The notes beneath the pieces were generated by a model that saw only the letters and a list, made by a program, of their open reading frames with translations, did no database searches and was not told the origin of the DNA. Both the position numbers and the translations under genes were made by a program. A DNA stretch of 64,000 nt from Clostridia bacterium (GTDB lineage: Bacteria; Bacillota; Clostridia; Christensenellales; DTU072), in the NCBI GenBank assembly GCA_016297005.1, contig JAEDHK010000002.1:198944-262943 (forward strand). The letters run 5' to 3'. Of this stretch, positions 37,105-45,990 are shown piece by piece (the first letter of the stretch is position 1; the number at the start of each line of letters is the position of its first letter).

Positions 37105-37468
37105 ATTTCCTCCGTTCATGATTATTTTTTACCTTTTGAAACTTTTTATACGCTTTCCGGCGTATTTTTTCGCCAGCGATCGAGAAAATGCGACGGAGAG
37201 AGTTTTTTAAAAGAATGGCCAGAACGCCGAATCCGGTCAAAAAGCACAACGCCGTATAATAGGGCATCCTGCCGTGGAAAAAGGCGTCCGACAAAAGAAA
37301 AAATACTCCTCCGCACAATATCACGGACAAGAAATCGCAAACGAAAAGCATCCCTCGTCCTTTCAGGACGAAAGTAGACGCGCGCAAAACCTCGCACAAG
37401 AAACAGGCGGCCGTGCCGCCGATAAAAAACAGCAATGCCGTAAACGGCTGATCTATCGTCGTAAACAA
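36935..37468 (-). CDS. yabQ: spore cortex biosynthesis protein YabQ-like membrane protein (C-terminal about 70 aa doubtful)
   Basis: Immediately follows yabP. N-terminal 100 aa has 3-4 TM helices as in YabQ. The basic low-complexity tail overlaps the next gene by 170 nt. Confidence 0.55.
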   Translation of the reverse strand: MFTTIDQPFTALLFFIGGTAACFLCEVLRASTFVLKGRGMLFVCDFLSVILCGGVFFLLSDAFFHGRMPYYTALCFLTGFGVLAILLKNSLRRIFSIAGEKIRRKAYKKFQKVKNNHERRKYERKQQNKKRVFLRHDRMRRRKKALQRGSSGNISESHGGQGQRGDAPAYVRGRRLS

Positions 37469-37717
37469 CTATTTAAACAGTTTCTTCAGGATGGAAGAGG
37501 GTTCGATCTTTTCTTTATATTCCAAAGAACGGATTCTGCCCGAAAAAGACACCTTTCCGCTGCCCGCCGCCATGTCTTTCAGCGCAAAATCTCCGCCGCG
37601 CATTTCGAGCAAGCCGCCTTCCAGCTTCAACAAAACGTATTTCTGATCAAAACTTTCCACAGAAACCACACCGCTTACGTCCACGCCGTCTCCCTTGTAC
37701 GTCAATGTATGTTCCAT
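37469..37717 (-). CDS. yabP: sporulation protein YabP
   Basis: 82 aa. Pattern L.L.G..L.M.G..F....M....GKV.F.G.I..L.Y typical of YabP. GGAGGGG RBS. Confidence 0.75.
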   Translation of the reverse strand: MEHTLTYKGDGVDVSGVVSVESFDQKYVLLKLEGGLLEMRGGDFALKDMAAGSGKVSFSGRIRSLEYKEKIEPSSILKKLFK

Positions 37718-37852
37718 TTTCCCCTCCTCGTCTATCCTATGATTCTTTATTCTTATTTATGACGTAAGCTACCTGCTGTTTTTTTGAGACGGCTCCTTTA
37801 CTTTTTTTAAAAAATATGCTATATTTGAAGAAAAACCTGCGAGGTATAAAAT

Positions 37853-38803
37853 ATGCGTAAATTTATTGCCATCGGCGAAGCCTTGATTGATATGATCCCT
37901 TGCGAAAAAGGGGTTGCGCTGAAAAAGGTCTCTTCTTTTGAAAGAATGTGCGGCGGAGCCCCGACCAACGTGGCCTGTGCCTATGCCATGACGGGCGGAG
38001 ACGCTCGCGTTCTGACCATGCTCGGCAAAGACGCTTTCGGTGACTTTTTGGTCGACACAATGGAAGAAAGAGGTATAAATACCTCTTTGGTGCTACGTAC
38101 GGACAAGGCGAATACTGCGCTCGCGTTCGTCAGTCTGGACAAGAACGGCAACCGCGACTTTTCTTTCTATCGCAAACCGAGCGCCGATATGCTACTCGAT
38201 AAAAACGACCTTAAAGAAGAATGGTTCGACAAAAACATTCTTCATTTCTGCTCGGTCGACCTGGTTGAGTGCCCCATGAAAGGCGCGCACAAACGAGCCA
38301 TCGAAATAACCGAAAAAAAAGGCGGCGTCGTCAGCTTCGATCCCAATCTTCGCTTCCCTCTGTGGGACGATCACGAAGAATTAAAGAAAACCGTCCTTGA
38401 ATTCTGCAAATTTGCCGACATTATCAAAGTCAGCGACGAAGAGATCGAGTTCCTGGCCGGAACGAGCGATCCGGACAAGGCGGCGGCTTTCTTCCTTGCC
38501 CTCGGCGCGAAAGTCGTCTTCGTTACTTTGGGTAAGGCCGGTGCCAACATGTATACGTCCGACAAAAAATCGTCCTTTGGTGGTTATCCGACGACCGCAA
38601 TCGACACCACCGGCGCGGGAGACATCTTTATCGGCACCGCTCTCTCCGCTATGGAAAAACTCGGATGCGACCTCTCCCCGACCGAAGATCAAATGGAAAA
38701 GATTCTGAAAATTGCCTGCTATGCCAGCTCGTTATCCGTTCGTTGCAAGGGCGCGACGTACGATTTGGACGCTCTATATAAGAAATTCCCCGAAATGAGA
38801 TAA
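37853..38803 (+). CDS. PfkB family carbohydrate kinase (fructokinase-like)
   Basis: 316 aa. GGAPTNVA and DTTGAGDIFIG motifs. Confidence 0.88.
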   Translation: MRKFIAIGEALIDMIPCEKGVALKKVSSFERMCGGAPTNVACAYAMTGGDARVLTMLGKDAFGDFLVDTMEERGINTSLVLRTDKANTALAFVSLDKNGNRDFSFYRKPSADMLLDKNDLKEEWFDKNILHFCSVDLVECPMKGAHKRAIEITEKKGGVVSFDPNLRFPLWDDHEELKKTVLEFCKFADIIKVSDEEIEFLAGTSDPDKAAAFFLALGAKVVFVTLGKAGANMYTSDKKSSFGGYPTTAIDTTGAGDIFIGTALSAMEKLGCDLSPTEDQMEKILKIACYASSLSVRCKGATYDLDALYKKFPEMR

Positions 38804-38849
38804 CGTTTTTCGGCGCCGGCGCCGAAGCGTTTCACATGAAACAATTTTT

Positions 38850-38889
38850 TCACTTCCCTATGGGAAGTGATTTTTTATTTATTTTTTTT
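38850..38889 (+). terminator. rho-independent terminator (hairpin A', second copy of repeated module)
   Basis: TCACTTCCC-tat-GGGAAGTGA followed by TTTTTTATTTATTTTTTTT. Confidence 0.8.
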
Positions 38890-38898
38890 CGTGCGGTA

Positions 38899-38927
38899 TT
38901 GACTCTTCTTTGTACAAATGGTATATT
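38899..38927 (+). promoter_or_regulatory. sigma-A promoter (extended -10) giving a near-leaderless GH127 mRNA
   Basis: TTGACT (38899-38904), 17 nt, TGgTATATT (38919-38927). The ATG at 38937 lies only 9 nt after the -10. Confidence 0.55.
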
Positions 38928-38936
38928 TTTACTATC

Positions 38937-40757
38937 ATGAAAAATTATTCTTTTGTTCCTTTTTATAAAACCGTACTGACGGACGGATTCTGGAAAGACA
39001 GACAAAAATTGAACGCCGACGTCAGCATCCCCAACGTGTATAAGCGTTTTAAAGAAACCGATCGGATCGACTGCCTGTATCCGTGGTGGAAACGCCCCCT
39101 CTCCCATTCCGACCTTTTTTACGATAGCGATACGGCTAAATGGCTGGAAGCGGCGGCATACGTCCTCCACGCAAACCGCGCCGACTATCCGGAGTTGGAA
39201 AAGTCGTGCGACGAAGTGATCGAGCTTTTAAAAAAACGTCAGCAATCAAACGGCTATCTCAATTCTTACTTTCAACGCAGACCCTTTTTGCCGAAATTTC
39301 ATTCTCGTCCCGATCACGAATTATACTGCGCGGGGCATATCATGGAGGCGGCCGTCGCCTACTTTCAGGCGACGGGAAAAGACGCCCTGTTAAGCGTGGC
39401 GGAAAAATACGCCGACCACATCCGCGATCGGTTCATGATCAAACAGAATACAGCGTTTTCTACACCCGGTCACGAGGAGATCGAACTTGCGCTTTTCCGC
39501 ATGTACGAAGCAACGGGAAAGGAAAAATACAAAGAGCTGGCGGAATTCTTTTTAAATAAGCGCGGTACGGTCAAAGAAAAAACGTACCGAACGTTTTATG
39601 ACGCTTACGATCAACACGAGATCCCGGTACGAGAGCTGTCTTCCGCCGAAGGACACGCAGTGCGCGCGATGTATTTGTATTGCGGCATGGCCGATATGGC
39701 GCGAATCAGCGGCGACGATGGCATGCTCTCCGCCTGTAAACGCCTATTTGACGACGCTTGTAAAAAAATGTACGTTACCGGCGGAATCGGCAGCGACTAT
39801 AACGGAGAATGTTTTACCATCCCCTATGATCTGCCCAACAGGACCGCCTATTCCGAAAGTTGCGCCGCCATTTCTTTTATGATGTTCTGCCGGCGTATGC
39901 TCCTGCTTGAAAAAGACGGTCGTTACGCCGACGTGATCGAACGAATCATGTATAATAATTTCCTTTCCGGCGTCTCTTTGAACGGAAAAGCCTTTTTCTA
40001 CGAAAATCCGTTGGAAATATGTCGGACCGACCTGACCCGAAGTCGCACCGTCATCAAGCGTCCGCGCCTGCCTCAATGGCAACGACAGGAAGTCTTTAAA
40101 TGCAGTTGTTGTCCGCCTAATATTAACCGCACCGTCGCCTCTATCGGCGATTATATCTTCACGGAAAACGAAACGGAAACCGTCCTACATCAGTACGTTG
40201 CCTGCGAAAGCGACTCTTTGCGCGTAGAAACGAATTATCCCATCGATGGAAAAATCATCGTCCGAGGACAGGGTTACGGAAAAAATCTCTTTTCCGTACG
40301 CGTTCCCGCGTGGTGCAAAGACGCAACCCTTTCTTTAAACGGCAAAAAAGTCGCCGTTTTTCCGGAAAAAGGATACGTTACGTTGAAAGTCGATCCCGAT
40401 TTTACCCTTGAACTAACGCTCGACATGAATCCGTTTTTTATCAAAACCCATCCTCTTTGCCGAGAAAACCGCAACAAGGTCGCTCTGCAACGCGGTCCCG
40501 TCGTTTACTGCCTGGAAGAAAAGGACAACGGAGACATCGTTCCTCTCGCGGTCGTCGGCTCGGGTCCGTTTACGGAAACGGAAAACAACCTGACTCCCCT
40601 GCCCTTTATCGACGTTCAAGGAAAAGAACTTTCCGCAGGCGCCACTTACTATGAAGGGGAATGCGACGCAAAAGAAAGGACTCTTCGCTTCATTCCTTAT
40701 TACGCTTTCGGAAACCGCGGAGAATCGGACATGAAAGTCTGGGTTCCGCTCGCATAA
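38937..40757 (+). CDS. glycoside hydrolase family 127 (beta-L-arabinofuranosidase-like, DUF1680)
   Basis: MKNYSFVPFYKTVLTDGFWKDRQ start. KCSCCPPNINR Cys-rich catalytic block typical of GH127. Track start 38910 lies inside the promoter spacer. Confidence 0.85.
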   Translation: MKNYSFVPFYKTVLTDGFWKDRQKLNADVSIPNVYKRFKETDRIDCLYPWWKRPLSHSDLFYDSDTAKWLEAAAYVLHANRADYPELEKSCDEVIELLKKRQQSNGYLNSYFQRRPFLPKFHSRPDHELYCAGHIMEAAVAYFQATGKDALLSVAEKYADHIRDRFMIKQNTAFSTPGHEEIELALFRMYEATGKEKYKELAEFFLNKRGTVKEKTYRTFYDAYDQHEIPVRELSSAEGHAVRAMYLYCGMADMARISGDDGMLSACKRLFDDACKKMYVTGGIGSDYNGECFTIPYDLPNRTAYSESCAAISFMMFCRRMLLLEKDGRYADVIERIMYNNFLSGVSLNGKAFFYENPLEICRTDLTRSRTVIKRPRLPQWQRQEVFKCSCCPPNINRTVASIGDYIFTENETETVLHQYVACESDSLRVETNYPIDGKIIVRGQGYGKNLFSVRVPAWCKDATLSLNGKKVAVFPEKGYVTLKVDPDFTLELTLDMNPFFIKTHPLCRENRNKVALQRGPVVYCLEEKDNGDIVPLAVVGSGPFTETENNLTPLPFIDVQGKELSAGATYYEGECDAKERTLRFIPYYAFGNRGESDMKVWVPLA

Positions 40758-40980
40758 GCAAGAAGTCTTTTACGACAAACGTTTTGACGAACACTCTTCT
40801 TTCGATTCGGCGGTTTCGCGCCCTCCCGATCGCGTCCGCCTTTCTCGCGTTCCGCCTTATCGGAAACGTTTACGTTCGAAATAATAAGACGTCGGCACAA
40901 TATTGTTCTTGAAATAACGCGCGCACTATGCTACAATAGTATCGTTTACTTCGTATATGTAAGGAGAAATCGGACAAATT

Positions 40981-42648
40981 ATGAAAAAATTTCTGACAAT
41001 TCTGGCTTCTTGCGTTTTGTTTCTCGCCTTTTTAACGGGCGCGACGGCTTGTAACGATAAAGACAAAAACGGCGCTCCCGTCTTTCGCGATAAGACCCTG
41101 GCGGGCGTAGGTATGTCGTACGACGGCGAATCCCCGACGATGGAAAAGTTCGTCACGCTGAACGATATTTATTTTCCGGAAGGCATCTTCGACACACGCT
41201 TGGGCATGTGGATTTATAACGCAAGCACAGACGGTTGGGTCAGAACGAACACGGAACAGGGCAAAGCGCTCTTCGATATGAACAAGCCGACTTTCATATC
41301 CACCCACGGCATGGGCGGCGGCGCGTTCGCCGATATGCCGGAGCTGTATGCCGACGAGTATAACGTGCTCGCTTTCCATTGGGGAACGTACTCCGGCGAG
41401 CCCAACGCCCTTGTCGCGACCATTGCCGACAAGGTGTGGCTTTATGAGCATTACGACAAGAAAGGCGAACTTGTTCGTGGTTCTCGCTGGCAAAGAGTGG
41501 TCTTTAACAATCCGGAAAAAACCGATTGGGATTGGGCCGAATGGGAAGAAGAGGACGTCTGTAACGTTTCCGTTTTGGAAATTTTCTGCGCTTTTTATTA
41601 CGACCTGTTTAAAGATCTTGCCTCTTACGACTCTTCGTCCATCCATCTTTTCGGGCACTCCTACGGCGCAATGGTCTCTATCGGCGCGGCAAACCTTCTT
41701 ATTACCGCCTATAAATGCGGTCTTCTTCCTGCTTATATGCTGCCCGATATGGTCACGTTGCTCGATCCGTTTTTCGTAAACTGTTCCAGCGGCATTATTA
41801 CGTGGCTCGGTAACGACACTCCGCTTGGCGGAAACGTCTGCGAGGTCGCCTATAAGACCGCGCTCGATTGTCAAAAATTAGGCATTACCGTCCGCATGCA
41901 TCGTAGCTGTAAATCCGTCGCCACGCCCGTCACGCTAGGACCAGGACAAAACGAATTTTACTGGGCTTTTATTAACAACGTCGTTTATTCTCACCTCAAT
42001 AACGACGCGATAAAACTCTTTTCCGGAGACGATCAACTGCATAACTACGGTTGGGATTGGTTCACGAGTTATTATGAAGGAAAAATGCTGACGGACGCCG
42101 CCGCGACGAAAACCACCGAACAAGCCCTTTGCTTCGCAATGGATTACGACGCTTCTTTCGCCCGTACCGGTATCAAGTACGACGTCAATCTGAACGGCAC
42201 GAAAGACAGTAACGACGACATCCTGACTTCTTTCTACCGTGAATACAGCGTCAGCGGCGCTACCGATATTCAGTATAAAAATTCCGACACTATAAATAGC
42301 GAATCGCTCGAACAAATCGCAACCCTGACCGGAAAGGCCAAGATCGCCGGTTTCGTCTACTTCGACCGGAACAACAACGGTAAAATGGACGAACGCGTTC
42401 GCGATCATCTTTCCGACGCCAGAGTAACCGTCAAAAACAGCGCCGGCGAAACCATTTTTTCCGGGACAACCGGGATCAACGGTTATTATGAAGTCGAGGT
42501 ATCCGAAGAAGGCAACTATTCCGTTTCCGTAGAACTGCCGTACGGTTATTGCCTGTCCACCGAGAACGCCTCTTTACAGGCTTCCGTCATCATCGTCGAC
42601 GGGTTGCATCAACTCGCTCTCAATAACTTCGGCGCAAAAGTTGCCTGA
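40981..42648 (+). CDS. secreted lipoprotein with lipase-like alpha/beta hydrolase domain and C-terminal SdrD/Cna B-type domain
   Basis: Lipobox FLTGATAC. Nucleophile elbow GHSYGA. C-terminal GFVYFDRNNNGKMDE..GINGYYEVEV B-repeat motif. Confidence 0.7.
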   Translation: MKKFLTILASCVLFLAFLTGATACNDKDKNGAPVFRDKTLAGVGMSYDGESPTMEKFVTLNDIYFPEGIFDTRLGMWIYNASTDGWVRTNTEQGKALFDMNKPTFISTHGMGGGAFADMPELYADEYNVLAFHWGTYSGEPNALVATIADKVWLYEHYDKKGELVRGSRWQRVVFNNPEKTDWDWAEWEEEDVCNVSVLEIFCAFYYDLFKDLASYDSSSIHLFGHSYGAMVSIGAANLLITAYKCGLLPAYMLPDMVTLLDPFFVNCSSGIITWLGNDTPLGGNVCEVAYKTALDCQKLGITVRMHRSCKSVATPVTLGPGQNEFYWAFINNVVYSHLNNDAIKLFSGDDQLHNYGWDWFTSYYEGKMLTDAAATKTTEQALCFAMDYDASFARTGIKYDVNLNGTKDSNDDILTSFYREYSVSGATDIQYKNSDTINSESLEQIATLTGKAKIAGFVYFDRNNNGKMDERVRDHLSDARVTVKNSAGETIFSGTTGINGYYEVEVSEEGNYSVSVELPYGYCLSTENASLQASVIIVDGLHQLALNNFGAKVA

Positions 42649-42650
42649 TT

Positions 42651-43277
42651 ATGCGTATCGCTTTTTCTCGAAAAACCAAGACAGTCGTATCTATTGCGGC
42701 TGTCTTATTATCTCTCCTCCTGATCGCCGTCTGGGGATTCTTGGCCTTTTTGACCGTCAATACGATCGGATCCTATGATTATAACAAGTATTACGGAACG
42801 AAAGCGATAACGTTTTCTTTCGACGACCTGAAAAACGACCTCGTTTACGGCGTCGCTTTTTATGCCGGGTACGGCGATGAACGGGAAAAAGCCGACGCAA
42901 TCAGAGACGTTTATAAAGAAATTTTCGTCTTTGTCGATAAAGAATCGGCGCAAACGGAGAGTTTTTTATCTTATTTCGAGAACGCGAGCGTCACTACCAA
43001 TTTTTGCTCCGAAGATCGCGAAACGCTGGAACAACTGTACAAAAAGAATCGTTTCTTTACCTATATTTTGTTCTCGCCAACGGCAGAGAGAGCCCGGCTG
43101 GCTTCAAAAATGGGCTATAATTGCGCCGTTCCGTATAATGAGATCACTGCGTCGCAAATCGGGGAAGAACACGAAAACAACCGCTATTTCTGCGCGTACG
43201 GCGTTCATTCGGCAGAACAATTTTACGCGTGTAAAAATATGAAAGTCGATTTCGTTTTCGTCTCCGCCTCTTATTGA
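42651..43277 (+). CDS. membrane-anchored hypothetical protein
   Basis: N-terminal TM helix. 2-nt gap after the lipase-like gene. No recognised family. Confidence 0.5.
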   Translation: MRIAFSRKTKTVVSIAAVLLSLLLIAVWGFLAFLTVNTIGSYDYNKYYGTKAITFSFDDLKNDLVYGVAFYAGYGDEREKADAIRDVYKEIFVFVDKESAQTESFLSYFENASVTTNFCSEDRETLEQLYKKNRFFTYILFSPTAERARLASKMGYNCAVPYNEITASQIGEEHENNRYFCAYGVHSAEQFYACKNMKVDFVFVSASY

Positions 43278-43304
43278 TTTTCCGAAATTTATTCCGCAAA
43301 ACGC

Positions 43305-43369
43305 TTGACGCCGCTTCTTAACGGTGCTATTATTTGAACAGACATTCAAATGAATAGCCATTCAAATGA
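43305..43369 (+). promoter_or_regulatory. promoter plus ArsR/SmtB-type operator of metal-efflux operon
   Basis: TTGACG (43305-43310), 17 nt, TATTAT (43328-43333). Palindrome ATTTGAA-cagaca-TTCAAAT (43332-43351) overlaps the -10. CATTCAAATGA is repeated directly at 43343-43353 and 43359-43369. Confidence 0.65.
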
Positions 43370-43393
43370 CAAGTCCCAATCAAGGAGGAAAGA

Positions 43394-43726
43394 ATGCACA
43401 ACCATAACGCCACGCTCGAAACGGTGCGAAAAGGCATGATCGGGGACGGAGAGTTGAACGATCTCGTCGCCCTTTTCAAAGTCTTCGGGGATAAAACGCG
43501 AATGAAGATTCTTTATTCTCTTTTTGAGTCGGAACTATGCGTCTGCGCCATCGGAGAATTATTAAACATGAGCCCGTCGGCTATCAGCCACCAATTAAAA
43601 ACGCTGAAAGAGGCTAAACTTATCGGCAACAGACGAGAAGGCAAGACCATATATTATTTTTTGGCGGACGAACACGTCCGGACCATTATCGCGCAAGGAT
43701 ATAATCATATCACGGAGGAGAGATAA
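43394..43726 (+). CDS. ArsR/SmtB family metalloregulator (CadC/CzrA-like)
   Basis: ELCVCAIGELLNMSPSAISHQLKTLKEAKLI HTH with CVC metal site. 110 aa. Confidence 0.9.
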   Translation: MHNHNATLETVRKGMIGDGELNDLVALFKVFGDKTRMKILYSLFESELCVCAIGELLNMSPSAISHQLKTLKEAKLIGNRREGKTIYYFLADEHVRTIIAQGYNHITEER

Positions 43727-43728
43727 CT

Positions 43729-43950
43729 ATGAAAAAAGTATTCAGAATGGAAGATCTGGACTGCGCTAACTGCGCCCGCAAGATGGAAGACGGCGTGAAG
43801 AAGCTCGACGGCGTAAAAGACGCCAAAGTCAACTTCATTATGCAGAAATTCACTCTTGAAGCCGACGACGACAAGTTCGACGCCGTTTTGCAGGAGGCCG
43901 TAAAATTCTGCAAAAAAATCGAACCGGACTGCCGGATCATTGTTAAATAA
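43729..43950 (+). CDS. stand-alone heavy-metal-associated (HMA) domain protein
   Basis: 73 aa. MEDLDCANCARKMEDGVKKLDGV = HMA fold with CxxC. Resembles the N-terminal domain of CadA-type ATPases, encoded here separately. Confidence 0.8.
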   Translation: MKKVFRMEDLDCANCARKMEDGVKKLDGVKDAKVNFIMQKFTLEADDDKFDAVLQEAVKFCKKIEPDCRIIVK

Positions 43951-43961
43951 GAAGGCGAAAA

Positions 43962-45866
43962 ATGACAAAAAGACAGAAAAAAAATCTCATCCGGTGTATT
44001 GCCGCCGGGACGGTATTGGTCGCGGTCTATCTTGTCGCGCATTTTCTCGATCTGCCTTGGTGGGCGGAACTGACGCTGTTCCTCGTCCCTTATGCCATCG
44101 CCGGGTACGACGTCGTTGTTTCCGCAGTCAGGAATATCTTTCACGGACAGATTCTCGACGAGAAGTTTTTGATGACGATCGCGTCTTTGGGCGCTTTTGC
44201 CGTCGGAGAAAATGCAGAAGCGGCCATCGTTATGCTCTTTTACCAGGTCGGTGAATTGTTTCAGAGCATCGCCGTCGGTAAAAGTCGCAAGTCCATCCGC
44301 GATCTGATGGATATTCGTCCCGAAACGGCGACTGTGGTTTTTGACGGGCAAGAAAAAACGGTGGATCCGGACGAAGTGAACGTCGGCGACCGAATCATCG
44401 TACGTCCGGGCGAGCGCATTCCGCTGGACGGAGTCGTGCTCAGCGGCGGCGCAACCATCAGTACGGCGGCACTGACGGGAGAAAGCCTGCCCGTTTATAA
44501 AAAAGAAGGCGACGCGGTCGTCAGCGGTTGTATCGACCTTGACGGAGTCGTCGTGATAGAGGTTACGGCCGACGCGGAAAGCAGTACGGTTACCAAAGTG
44601 TTGGAACTGGTAGAAAACGCTTCGGAAAAGAAAGCGAGAAGCGAGAACTTCATTACCAAATTTGCAAAAGTATACACGCCGGCCGTCGTGGCGTCCGCCC
44701 TGCTTCTCGCCGTGATTCCTCCCCTCTTTTTGGGAATAAACAGCGGATCCGTCTGGGCAGAATGGATCGAACGGGCGCTTACCTTTTTGGTCGTTTCCTG
44801 TCCTTGCGCCCTCGTTATTTCCGTTCCTCTGTCCTTTTTCGGCGGTATCGGATGCGCGTCGAAACGCGGCGTTTTATTGAAAGGCGCGAGCGATCTCGAA
44901 ACGCTTTCAAAAATACGCACTTTCGTATTCGATAAGACGGGCACGTTGACCGAAGGCACCTTTCACGTAACGGCCGTTCACCCGCATAAAATGAGCGAAG
45001 AAGAGTTGTTGGACGTGGCCGCGCTTGCCGAAAGCTACTCTTCCCATCCCATTGCCGAATCCATTGTTCTCGCGCACGGCGGGCACCTGGATAAAAAACG
45101 CGTCGGCAACGTAACGGAGCGCGCCGGATACGGCGTAGAAGCCGTCGTCGACGGAGAAAAAGTATACGTCGGCAACAGTAAGTTTATGAAAGAGGTTGGC
45201 GCCGAATGCCACGAGTGCGACGATTGCGGACCCTGTCATCATCACGCCGGAACGGTCGTTCATTTAGCGCACGAAAACAAGTGCCTCGGGCATATTACGG
45301 TATCCGATATCATCAAAAAAGAAACCCCAACCGTGATCTCCGAACTTAAAACGCTGGGCATAACGAAGACGGTTATGCTGACGGGCGACCATGAAGAGGC
45401 GGCAAAAGAAATCGCAGCCGAAAGCGGAGTGGACGAGTACGTCGCGGAACTTTTGCCCGCGCAAAAAGTAGAAGCTACCGAAAAATTATTCTCCCCCAAC
45501 AAAAAGCTCGCTTTCGTGGGCGACGGAATCAACGACGCGCCCGTTCTGATGCGCGCCGACGTGGGGATCGCTATGGGTGGAATCGGCAGCGACGCCGCAA
45601 TAGAGGCTGCCGACGTGGTGTTGATGGACGACGATCTGTCCAAATTGCCCCTGTCGATACGTATCTCTCGCAGAACCATGCGGATCGTGCGCGAAAACAT
45701 CGTATTCGCCATCGGCGTCAAGTTGGCGGTGCTGATCCTCGCCGCATTCGGACTTGCTTCGATGTGGCTGGCGGTATTCGCCGACGTAGGCGTTTGCGTT
45801 TTGGCCGTGCTCAACGCAATGCGCGCTTTGCGTCTTCCGAAAAAGTTTTTACCGAAGAAAGCGTAA
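43962..45866 (+). CDS. heavy-metal (Cd/Zn/Co-type) translocating P1B-type ATPase
   Basis: SCPCALVIS (CPC), DKTGTLT, GDGINDAP motifs. 634 aa, lacks a fused HMA domain. Cys/His-rich insert ECHECDDCGPCHHH. Confidence 0.92.
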   Translation: MTKRQKKNLIRCIAAGTVLVAVYLVAHFLDLPWWAELTLFLVPYAIAGYDVVVSAVRNIFHGQILDEKFLMTIASLGAFAVGENAEAAIVMLFYQVGELFQSIAVGKSRKSIRDLMDIRPETATVVFDGQEKTVDPDEVNVGDRIIVRPGERIPLDGVVLSGGATISTAALTGESLPVYKKEGDAVVSGCIDLDGVVVIEVTADAESSTVTKVLELVENASEKKARSENFITKFAKVYTPAVVASALLLAVIPPLFLGINSGSVWAEWIERALTFLVVSCPCALVISVPLSFFGGIGCASKRGVLLKGASDLETLSKIRTFVFDKTGTLTEGTFHVTAVHPHKMSEEELLDVAALAESYSSHPIAESIVLAHGGHLDKKRVGNVTERAGYGVEAVVDGEKVYVGNSKFMKEVGAECHECDDCGPCHHHAGTVVHLAHENKCLGHITVSDIIKKETPTVISELKTLGITKTVMLTGDHEEAAKEIAAESGVDEYVAELLPAQKVEATEKLFSPNKKLAFVGDGINDAPVLMRADVGIAMGGIGSDAAIEAADVVLMDDDLSKLPLSIRISRRTMRIVRENIVFAIGVKLAVLILAAFGLASMWLAVFADVGVCVLAVLNAMRALRLPKKFLPKKA

Positions 45867-45915
45867 ACAAAACGTCGCGTTTATTCTTCTGTTTTCGCCG
45901 AAGTCTTCTCATTGT

Positions 45916-45944
45916 TTGACAAAAAAAGACTTCTCGGCTATAAT
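45916..45944 (+). promoter_or_regulatory. sigma-A promoter of feo operon
   Basis: TTGACA (45916-45921), 17 nt, TATAAT (45939-45944). Confidence 0.7.
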
Positions 45945-45961
45945 GGAGCCGAAATCGCACA

Positions 45962-45981
45962 TATACTTATTCATAAGTATA
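45962..45981 (+). promoter_or_regulatory. 20-bp perfect palindrome (candidate operator) in feo leader
   Basis: TATACTTAT-TC-ATAAGTATA between the -10 and the RBS (AGGAG at 45981). Confidence 0.5.
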
Positions 45982-45990
45982 GGAGAAAAT

